A DNA stretch of 64,000 nucleotides, from the IMG/VR virus record IMGVR_UViG_3300027776_000009. The stretch is one strand, 5' to 3'. Under the pieces are notes generated by a model. It had not been told where the DNA came from and did no database searches. It worked only from the letters and a program-made list of their open reading frames with translations. Of this stretch, positions 20,312 to 28,458 are shown piece after piece. The stretch's first letter is position 1. Each line of letters begins with the position of its first letter. A program made the position numbers and the translations under genes. The DNA comes from a virus. Its lineage: Duplodnaviria; Caudoviricetes.

Positions 20312-21289
20312 TCAGAAAGAACCGCCGTCGATAGCACCATTAATCCAATCAGTTCCGTCAAACATCAACACCTCACCAGTAGCGGGAGTATTGATGACAA
20401 CATCGTCAAGATCGTCAATGACTACAGTCTGGCCTTCCCAGAAGCCGTCTCCGGAATACCGGAGGAATTGACCGGTAGTGCCGGGAATCGTTTCCCCAGG
20501 ATCAACGTTTTCCCAAGAGGAAATGGTGGAGTTCCACCGCAACAAATGGTTATTACCGATAGCCGTAAGACTCACGTTGGAAAGATTTTCCAACGGAGTA
20601 GCCACGATCAGCGCGTTAACATCGTCTGTAAAACCGGCGATCGCATTGGTATCCAGCGGGATATTGGTCCAATTGGTACCGTCAAAACTGAGGACGTCAC
20701 CCGCGATCGCCCCAGTGATAACACCGAGGTCACTGATAGCCGCCGGAACGTTAAGAACCCCCGACCAATCCACAGAACTCGCAGTCCCCGCGGTGTACTC
20801 CACGTAACCATCCGCTTGGTCCAGTTTGGTGTCATCCACCACGAAATAAAGAAGACCAGTGGCAGTTTCTTTGACAGTATCGCCAACCTGAACTTCGGCG
20901 GTAGTCAGTGCGTAACGGGCCGCGGTGTTAACCACCGGCACCAGTCGCTCAATGGCGGCCGCAGGCAGGCGCGCAATGTTCAGCGTACCACTGGTGATGT
21001 TGGATGCGTTGGTTGTGTCGACGTTCTGAACGTTGCCCAAGCTGATGGTCGATTTGGTAATAACGACAGCGCCTGTTTCGCCGTTGACGCTGTCCACCGT
21101 GTTGACCTGGGCGCCATCGGCGATTCCCGCCAGTTTATCGTGGTCGGCCTTACCGCCGATACCGTAGACGTTGCTGCCGTTACCAATAAAGAGTGTGCCG
21201 CTGGCGTGGCTATAAGCCAGCTCGCCGTCTTGCAGGGTAGCGGGGGCGGCGGTGACGGCGCTGCGTTTGATGCGAATAACGTTGGACAT
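20312..21289 (-). CDS. Fibre protein (325 aa), candidate polymerising shaft subunit
   Basis: N-terminus IRIKRS...GELAY...LFIG, VDSVNGETGAVV and LGNVQNV fibre motifs, G.VL.FDGT.W.N repeats and C-terminal IDGGSF. Codons are C-ending-rich. Confidence 0.8.
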   Translation of the reverse strand: MSNVIRIKRSAVTAAPATLQDGELAYSHASGTLFIGNGSNVYGIGGKADHDKLAGIADGAQVNTVDSVNGETGAVVITKSTISLGNVQNVDTTNASNITSGTLNIARLPAAAIERLVPVVNTAARYALTTAEVQVGDTVKETATGLLYFVVDDTKLDQADGYVEYTAGTASSVDWSGVLNVPAAISDLGVITGAIAGDVLSFDGTNWTNIPLDTNAIAGFTDDVNALIVATPLENLSNVSLTAIGNNHLLRWNSTISSWENVDPGETIPGTTGQFLRYSGDGFWEGQTVVIDDLDDVVINTPATGEVLMFDGTDWINGAIDGGSF

Positions 21290-21330
21290 GATGGTGCCTT
21301 TTAAGGAAACGTTGGGGTGATGAAAGGTGT

Positions 21331-21690
21331 TTAGTAGGTTCCGCCGTCAAGATCTTGATTACCGTAGTATTTCCAAAGACCGGCGAAATCGTCAACAGAT
21401 GGAGCGGGGATAGCCGTGGGTGAACCTAAAATCGCCAGCCAGTTTTTCTGGGGGTCGAAGGTCGTGGTGAAGCCGGTGCCGACGGCGTCGTCGGCATACC
21501 CAATGTAAATGAAGGTATTGACAGATGCAAGGACCGTTCCACGGAGCTCCTCGATATCGATTCGATAAACTCCAGCGTCAGAACCCACTGGTCGTTGAAC
21601 AAATACCAGATCCGTATCTATCAACCCTCCTGGTAATGGACTGAGTTGTTTGACGTCCTTGGTATTGGCCAAGGGTATGGTGTATGACAT
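21331..21690 (-). CDS. Small fibre adaptor (119 aa) ending LDGGTY
   Basis: N-terminus resembles that of 26968-27945. YIGYADD..GTGF motif and a C-terminal DGGxY. Confidence 0.7.
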   Translation of the reverse strand: MSYTIPLANTKDVKQLSPLPGGLIDTDLVFVQRPVGSDAGVYRIDIEELRGTVLASVNTFIYIGYADDAVGTGFTTTFDPQKNWLAILGSPTAIPAPSVDDFAGLWKYYGNQDLDGGTY

Positions 21691-21691
21691 A

Positions 21692-22222
21692 TCAATCGAG
21701 CCTCATAAAGTAACCACCGAGATCGAGGAGAGTCTGGTCATCCACTCGCAGTATCAACGAATCATCAGGAGGTAATGCTAAGTGCATTAATAAAACCGTG
21801 GCTTCACCTACCCATCCTATACTGCCCGGAGATGCGGTAAAGGTGTAGTCTCCCAGTCCGACCAGAGATTCATTAAGAACATCCTCAGTCTCTAGATTAA
21901 TCCCGCACTCTTCCAACAGTACGGGAAGGAGCTCGTGTGATTCAGTTAGCCCAGGTCTGACCAGTTCGGGCCAGGTCTCCCCAATGGCGTCAGTCAGGTC
22001 AATTCTCCGATAAAACAGAGTTCGTTTACCCGAAAAACGTTGGGTGTCTGTAGGCCTTATCGTGATCTTCGTATTACGCGGATCGTAAGACGAGTTCGGG
22101 AGCGGGTTTTCAAATACCAGATCGTCCACCGTAAACGGCTGTCGATTCTGTGGATTGCAGGTGTTGATGTTGATGACGAGCCTAACACGCCCGGTCAGTG
22201 ACAGATCGGTCCCATCAGACAT
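21692..22222 (-). CDS. phiKZ gp131-like baseplate/fibre anchor domain protein
   Basis: RNTKI...YRRIDL...SHELLP...GINL...D...ASPGSIGWVG pattern. Paralog of 27945-28448. Confidence 0.75.
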   Translation of the reverse strand: MSDGTDLSLTGRVRLVININTCNPQNRQPFTVDDLVFENPLPNSSYDPRNTKITIRPTDTQRFSGKRTLFYRRIDLTDAIGETWPELVRPGLTESHELLPVLLEECGINLETEDVLNESLVGLGDYTFTASPGSIGWVGEATVLLMHLALPPDDSLILRVDDQTLLDLGGYFMRLD

Positions 22223-22327
22223 GGTTTGCTCCTATGGTGTAAGAATCAAGACATGCTGCGGGAGCACTCGCTCCCGCATTATGCCGCCGTACCCACCTCA
22301 CACAGAATGTGCCTACGGTGGCGCCTA

Positions 22328-25300
22328 TCAGAAGTTGTCGTCGAAGTAGTGGGCTACCGTTTTCACGGTAACCGGATTGGCTGCCTCACTATCGTGAAAA
22401 ATCAACCATCCAGCACCGCTGGCGACTTTGACAACCCCCGTCCCGGTGAGAGGATTACCCGCGGGTGTATAGTCCAGGATAGCCTGGAGTGGGGATCCGC
22501 TGCCAATCAATACCTTGGTGTCACCGATGATTCCCGAAGAGGTCAATCCCGAGAACTTCGGGCTGTAATACCCTGTGTTTGACGGATCGTCACCAACGAT
22601 CAGGACACGACGAGCTTCCGTATAGCTTAGCATCATGTCGTACCACCCGTTTTCGTTGGCTCCAGAGGTTCCTCGTGCTAAGATTGAAAAGGCTGAGGTA
22701 CTACTAGAGACCGTTCCAACCAGTGTTCCGTTGTAATACGCCGACAACGTAGTGCCAACTCGCGCGATGCGGCACTCGGCGTCAATGGATGGAGTCGTGA
22801 TAACGCTACCCACGAGAGTGGCGTTATTGTAGACTTCCAAATTACCGGTGGTGGCGTTGTACTGAAAACGCAATGTTCCGGTGCTGTAGTCATACGTGGT
22901 GGCGCCAGTTGCTACCCCCAGAGCTTTTTCCTGACCATTACCCTCGAAACTGATCCATTTGAAGCGTAGATCGAAATCTGAGTTAGCCGGGATCAGTTGG
23001 TCCGCTACGAGGTGTCCGCTACTATTACTCGTCTGAGCACGGTGGATCAGTAGTCCCTTATTTTGGAGACAGCGGAACATAACCCCGTTAGCAGCCGTGT
23101 CTTTACCGTCCGCATCCGGCGAAGCGGGTGAGAACGTAACAGGTTCATCAACACGGGTACCTAAGGGAGTGGTCGGAACAGTGTCTATCTGAGTAAGTGG
23201 GGCAGTGGCGTCTGTGGTGTATGCGAAGTTGCAGCTATACGTCGTCCCATTGTCTTTCATGAGCCCCAGTCCAAGCGTTCCGATCCAGTACTCATTAGCC
23301 ACAAACGACGTTCCACTCACTCCATTGCTAAATGAGATTCGCAAGCCATTCATATCTGGTGCGGTTTCGAGACTCGCGTGGACATCTCTCGCACCCGCGT
23401 GATCACGCACCCAGGCACCGCCATCCCAGCCGTACTTCTTCCAGAACGCACTTTCATACGTACTGTATTTCGCATGGGTTGGCGGTAGCATGAAGGGGGT
23501 TACCCCGTAGGCGTCGGCCTGATCACCCTCGTAGGAGAAGAACATATTGCTCCCAGGGAGATAGATCAGCGGGCGACACAAAAGCCCCGTGGTATCTCCC
23601 GAGTACGCGCTGAGTTCCGTTGTTGCCGACGTGATCCCGGTGCGTACTGCAAACTCACAGTTCGCATTCCCGTTCGACAGATAGGTACCATTGGTGAACG
23701 ACGCAATCCCGCTTGTCTTGGTGAACACGCTCGGAAAGTTACCACTATATCCTGCAACATGAGATGACAGGAAGCCTTTGTTTCCACCAATAGTCGCAGG
23801 GACTGCACGACATTGTGCGGAGGCGGTTTCAGGACCATAGAGGTAACTGGCCTGCATATTGTTGGCACCGTATTGGAACCTCAACATGGTCCGGTCATTA
23901 CCCAGTGGGTTTGACACCCCCGCCACCCACCATCCGTCGACACAGCGAATGGAGTCAGAGATCCGCAATAGGTTAGCCAGAGTCCAGGTAAACGAGGTGT
24001 AGTTCACGCCATTGGTCGTCGGATTAACCGCAGTACCTAACCCCGTCGACCACCAGACGTACCCCAATCGGAAGCCACCGCTAGTGACCCCTCCGGCCAA
24101 TACCGACGAGACAAAGAGAAATTGATCGTCTCCGACATTATCCGGATCGATAATCATCGCTGATACGTTTGACCAATTGCTGTCCGTAATACCTGCGTAG
24201 GTAAATGTAGGCGATCCGGTGGTTGGGTTATGGACGCTCCAGGAGAGCGCGCCAACGGCTGCATCGGGGTTGGATAGTTTACACAAGCCACCATCGTAGA
24301 GAACCCAAAGAGTGCCTGCAGTGTCATTCTTGGCACAGATTTGATACACCTTATTCGTCACACCCGCCGGAGCTGGGATCTGCTCGACCGTATCCAGTGC
24401 GGGGTTAATACGCCACAGTCCGGTATCAGCGCAACCAATGTAGGTATAGCCCTTGGTGCAGTCGCCATCGGATACTGCGGTAACAGGCAACGCTGGCGAG
24501 GTGTTCGCATTGAAGAGAAGCTTTGACCCCCGCAGTACATCGTAAATTGCAATCCCGTTCTTTGTACGATTGCATTCAAATGCGGCTACATAACGAGTTG
24601 CGTCAGGACTACGATACGTTACACCGCCCCACTTGGTATTGACCTCGTAGGCTTGGTCTTGCGCGATTCCGCGGAAGGTGTTTCCACCCGCGCGAGTCTG
24701 AGGTAGGAAAGCGGTTCTGGGGATCCAGAGATTACCCGCAAAACCCGCAATGAAGTCAAAAACCTCGACTTTGTATTTAGCCGGAGTCGAGAGGTCTCCG
24801 GTGTCGGTGACTCGAACACGAAACAGTTTCTGATAATGAGGATCAGTCCAGTTGTCCACGTTCAGCGTCAAAGAACCTGACATCGTTGCAAGATTACTGG
24901 TGTCTTGCAGAGGTCCTGCGGGTGTATTTCGCTGAGCGTAGGTATTCTGTCGAGGATCGAGTACATCGGGAAGGACTGGTTGATACACGTAGCCCTTGCT
25001 CATGGTTGTCGGCGTCGAAGCCGCCGACTCATAGCCGGCGTCTCCCATCCAGAGATGCTTCATGAACAGCCCCATGGTGTTAACATGAGCGGCAGGAAAG
25101 GCTAATGAATGCTGGAATGCATTTCCAACACCGATAATGTCAGTGCTACCCCAAGGTCTCCAGAGCGACACGCTAGAATCCGTGAGTACATTTGAAGCTT
25201 CCGTGCCTCCCGATATACGCCCACCATGTAGTGTCATCGGAGAAATATCGTCCAATTGATAGGCTGACGATGTCAGTGATCCCCGCAATCCTCGGTAGTT

Positions 25301-25927
25301 GAAGTATACGCTATTGACAGCATTGCAGACCTTGGTGAACAAACCGCGCAAATCTTCATACACACGGGGAGACGTACGCTGGTTAGACGAGTCTACAACG
25401 GGATGTAGAAAGAGGCGATACGTCACACTGAGCTGCACGTCCGTGTTCTGAGTACACGGTGTACTCAAGCGCAGTATGGTTAACTTGGAATTGCTCTCGG
25501 AATTAACCGTGTGCGACGAGTAGTCGTCCTTGGTCGTATAGAGTCCCAATACGCGAATAGTCCGCGCTGAACCAACGGGTGCTGGAATCAGGAAATTGAA
25601 GGTCACTACATCCGGATCATTGACCGTAGCGCCGGGTGTGTAGGTGGGGAAATCTTGGTTAACGTTGACGTTACCATCACTGCCGCACCATGCGTTCAGT
25701 CGCGTCGGCTTAATGTCAGCGGACCTGTAAAAGAGCTTCCACCGCGCAGAGGACGAATGATTCTGACTGGTAGCGTCCCGTTTAGTCGGGATACTGAAAT
25801 CACCGATCAGTGTAAACATCCGTTTGAACGCAGGTAAGCAGATATCATTACACACCGGCGGCCCAACCGGTTCTTTTCGCCCATCGGGGTAGATATATTC
25901 CAAGAACGCCGATCCAACAATTTTCAT
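22328..25927 (-). CDS. Large virion/adhesin-like protein (~1199 aa)
   Basis: Beta-rich, with propeller-like repeats (YIGCADTGLWRIN, LWVLYDGGLCKL) and a lectin-like RIARVGTTLSAYYNG near the C-terminus. Start MKIV with SD GGAGG. Confidence 0.7.
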   Translation of the reverse strand: MKIVGSAFLEYIYPDGRKEPVGPPVCNDICLPAFKRMFTLIGDFSIPTKRDATSQNHSSSARWKLFYRSADIKPTRLNAWCGSDGNVNVNQDFPTYTPGATVNDPDVVTFNFLIPAPVGSARTIRVLGLYTTKDDYSSHTVNSESNSKLTILRLSTPCTQNTDVQLSVTYRLFLHPVVDSSNQRTSPRVYEDLRGLFTKVCNAVNSVYFNYRGLRGSLTSSAYQLDDISPMTLHGGRISGGTEASNVLTDSSVSLWRPWGSTDIIGVGNAFQHSLAFPAAHVNTMGLFMKHLWMGDAGYESAASTPTTMSKGYVYQPVLPDVLDPRQNTYAQRNTPAGPLQDTSNLATMSGSLTLNVDNWTDPHYQKLFRVRVTDTGDLSTPAKYKVEVFDFIAGFAGNLWIPRTAFLPQTRAGGNTFRGIAQDQAYEVNTKWGGVTYRSPDATRYVAAFECNRTKNGIAIYDVLRGSKLLFNANTSPALPVTAVSDGDCTKGYTYIGCADTGLWRINPALDTVEQIPAPAGVTNKVYQICAKNDTAGTLWVLYDGGLCKLSNPDAAVGALSWSVHNPTTGSPTFTYAGITDSNWSNVSAMIIDPDNVGDDQFLFVSSVLAGGVTSGGFRLGYVWWSTGLGTAVNPTTNGVNYTSFTWTLANLLRISDSIRCVDGWWVAGVSNPLGNDRTMLRFQYGANNMQASYLYGPETASAQCRAVPATIGGNKGFLSSHVAGYSGNFPSVFTKTSGIASFTNGTYLSNGNANCEFAVRTGITSATTELSAYSGDTTGLLCRPLIYLPGSNMFFSYEGDQADAYGVTPFMLPPTHAKYSTYESAFWKKYGWDGGAWVRDHAGARDVHASLETAPDMNGLRISFSNGVSGTSFVANEYWIGTLGLGLMKDNGTTYSCNFAYTTDATAPLTQIDTVPTTPLGTRVDEPVTFSPASPDADGKDTAANGVMFRCLQNKGLLIHRAQTSNSSGHLVADQLIPANSDFDLRFKWISFEGNGQEKALGVATGATTYDYSTGTLRFQYNATTGNLEVYNNATLVGSVITTPSIDAECRIARVGTTLSAYYNGTLVGTVSSSTSAFSILARGTSGANENGWYDMMLSYTEARRVLIVGDDPSNTGYYSPKFSGLTSSGIIGDTKVLIGSGSPLQAILDYTPAGNPLTGTGVVKVASGAGWLIFHDSEAANPVTVKTVAHYFDDNF

Positions 25928-25928
25928 C

Positions 25929-26933
25929 TCAACCTCCAAGGTTTCCACCCGCCACTCGTGTGACGGTGTATGCATTATTCACCACACCGGACTCGAACTG
26001 ACCTACTGTTTCGTCCGTTCCAGAGACCGTCTCTAACCGATAAACCACTCGGATGAGAGCGTAATCGTTAATGATGGTACCTGTTTCAAATTGCAGTGGC
26101 GTATCTGTGTATTCCAAGGTATCCTGACGATACACCACGCGGGTCAACGAGTAGTCGTTGACCAAGCTACCCGTTTCAAACTGCGACAAGACATTGTTAG
26201 CGGCGGCTAATCCGTCATAATCCGCCCAGCTATCGTAGGCGGTTTCATTGTCTCGTCCTGGGCGTCTGTATATCGCTCCAAACCTTAGCCGTGCAGGGAG
26301 ATCTGTTACAACCTCTTTGGGTTCTGATGCTAAAAACGTTTGCACGAGAACCCAACTACTGCCGCCCCATCGCTCAACAATCACTCCGACGTATCTGGCC
26401 TCGTAATTCTGACCGATCTCGTCCGGAGTTTGGTGTGCGAAGGCGGGCTCGGGAATCTGCAGCGTCGACCCTGCACCACTTAGACTAAATCCGGCGTTGT
26501 GTGGTATGGTGTCGTCAAACACCCCGGCATAGGTAACGTAGTGTTTCCACACCAGTGCGGATGACGGATAGAGTACGTCATTAATCACGGTTCCGGTGCT
26601 ATAAGTCTCTGCGTCACTTGCCGGAGTGGTGTAGATGACAACGTCCCTGTAGCTTTCCATGGGGGTGTTGCGATCTACATAAAAGCGAAACACCTTATCG
26701 GTCCCGGGTATTCCACCCGGGAGATAATAGGCGGCAGTGGCTGACGTTGGAAATAAGGAAACGATAGGAGTACCTGATATCTGAACCCACTCGGTTGTGT
26801 GCTGATTCAATTCCCCAATAACAGAAGCTTCTAGATATACCACGGGGGTGCACACCGCAGACTGGTTCTCCCCCGCGGACTGAATAACTACCACCTGTCG
26901 CGTCAGGTGACCTACCATTAAAATCTGCGGCAT
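25929..26933 (-). CDS. Virion accessory protein (334 aa) with C-terminal triplicated repeat
   Basis: Ig/PKD-like SAGENQ...EWVQISG start and three QFE(T/S)G..(I/V)N.Y...RV repeats. Confidence 0.65.
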   Translation of the reverse strand: MPQILMVGHLTRQVVVIQSAGENQSAVCTPVVYLEASVIGELNQHTTEWVQISGTPIVSLFPTSATAAYYLPGGIPGTDKVFRFYVDRNTPMESYRDVVIYTTPASDAETYSTGTVINDVLYPSSALVWKHYVTYAGVFDDTIPHNAGFSLSGAGSTLQIPEPAFAHQTPDEIGQNYEARYVGVIVERWGGSSWVLVQTFLASEPKEVVTDLPARLRFGAIYRRPGRDNETAYDSWADYDGLAAANNVLSQFETGSLVNDYSLTRVVYRQDTLEYTDTPLQFETGTIINDYALIRVVYRLETVSGTDETVGQFESGVVNNAYTVTRVAGGNLGG

Positions 26934-26967
26934 GATTCCTCCGACTCAGCGAGTGTTTATCCTGAAG

Positions 26968-27945
26968 TTATTCATCAAAATAAGGACTGGTGTACGGAAC
27001 GTAATCCCCTAAGAGATTCAGCCGAATCCATGACAGATCCACGGACTTTGTTGTTAACTTGAAGACCAAGATGTCCCCCTTTTCAAACACTAATCGCTCT
27101 GACGGAACTAGCGCTTCTGCATCATTGAAGACGAGGGTCCCCGGCATTCCGGCGCCTACGGCTACGGTGTTAAAACTGATAGTCCCAACCGCTGTCATCG
27201 TACCGGTTACCCCCTTGGTCTTGTAGATGGTAACCACGTTGGGTTCAGTGATATTCCCATTACAGAGGGTCCTATGAAGAACCGCCGGGGGCTTAAGACG
27301 ATCATTCGGGAGGGTGTGTTGTAACGGGATTTCAAAATCCCGAATCGCAATGTAACTCCCGATCTCTTGATCCAGAAACAACGGAGCACTAGCGCCAGCC
27401 GTTAGTTCCAAGTGATCAATGTCCTGGTCCATTTTGATTCGGACTAAACGAAGTACGCCGCCTACCTTCTCAGCAAAGTTGTTCCCAGAGGTAAAGTTGC
27501 TAATAACAACCCACAAACTACCTTCATGGTAGAGAATATCCGGGGGGGTTATTTGGTCATCAACCGTACGCTCCGTGAAGAAAGCCGTTGTAGGTTTCCA
27601 CAGTTTGACCTGACCAAACGCCTGAAGTGTATTGCTGACCTGAGTCAAGCTATTACTGACCTCGGTCACCGCGGCTGTGACAAACTCTGTCGTAGCGATT
27701 TGGGTGTTATTGGTTCCGGGATCCGGCGTCGGGGCCTCTGGAGTACCGTTGAATGAAGGAGAGTCGATAGGCGCAAGACCTTCACGGGCAGCTTGTATCA
27801 CCATGTCGACGCTGACTTCCTGATCTCTTTCTTCAGCGGGGGCGGTCGCACGATACAATAACAAGGTATCGGTGAGTTGCAGCTCCGTCGCAATCGGTAA
27901 CTCTCCTTGCGTTACAGTGTTCGTAATGGGAATCGAGCCAGCCAT
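26968..27945 (-). CDS. Tail fibre/adaptor protein (325 aa)
   Basis: Classical fibre repeat APIDSPSFNGTPEAPTP...NNTQIATTEFV. Confidence 0.75.
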   Translation of the reverse strand: MAGSIPITNTVTQGELPIATELQLTDTLLLYRATAPAEERDQEVSVDMVIQAAREGLAPIDSPSFNGTPEAPTPDPGTNNTQIATTEFVTAAVTEVSNSLTQVSNTLQAFGQVKLWKPTTAFFTERTVDDQITPPDILYHEGSLWVVISNFTSGNNFAEKVGGVLRLVRIKMDQDIDHLELTAGASAPLFLDQEIGSYIAIRDFEIPLQHTLPNDRLKPPAVLHRTLCNGNITEPNVVTIYKTKGVTGTMTAVGTISFNTVAVGAGMPGTLVFNDAEALVPSERLVFEKGDILVFKLTTKSVDLSWIRLNLLGDYVPYTSPYFDE

Positions 27946-28448
27946 TAGCTTCTCCTCAGGTATAAGTTACCGACTTTGATTAAACGTTCATCGACAGTGC
28001 GGATCAAGGTAAACCCCAAATCACCAGTACCTCCTAATTGAATCTGAACGTCGCCAATAAAGCCTAAACTATCCGGCGTGGCCTTTAGTACATAGGCGGT
28101 ATCCGTCAGGTCTTCATCGACGATGTCTGAAGGGGTGAGGTTGATTCCGTAATCTGTCAAGATAGCGGGTAAGAGCTCATGTGAACGAGTAGCGCCTTCG
28201 ACAGTCACCACGGTATCTTGGGCGATCAGATCACTTAATGCGTCTCGGGTGTACTCCATGACTAGGTTATTGCGAATCCCGTAGATGTCATAGACCAGGA
28301 TCTGCACCCGCGTGTTATTACCCTCGGACACCCAAGGAGTTGGGTGCATGATTGACAATGTGTTTAGATCCAAATCCTTTTGGAACTTTCCCGCGATGAG
28401 CTTGGCACGTATCCGCTCTTCTGCGGTCAGTAAGTAGTTTTCAGCCAT
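27945..28448 (-). CDS. phiKZ gp131-like baseplate/fibre anchor domain protein
   Basis: NTRV...YTRDAL...SHELLP...YGINL...DIVD...ATPDSLGFIG pattern. Confidence 0.75.
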   Translation of the reverse strand: MAENYLLTAEERIRAKLIAGKFQKDLDLNTLSIMHPTPWVSEGNNTRVQILVYDIYGIRNNLVMEYTRDALSDLIAQDTVVTVEGATRSHELLPAILTDYGINLTPSDIVDEDLTDTAYVLKATPDSLGFIGDVQIQLGGTGDLGFTLIRTVDERLIKVGNLYLRRS

Positions 28449-28458
28449 GAGAGTCCCC

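Noticed and set aside
16963-21289. Diversity-generating retroelement, suggested by the Mtd_N-like domains
   Set aside because: No reverse transcriptase and no adenine-mismatched TR/VR repeat pair is visible in the window.
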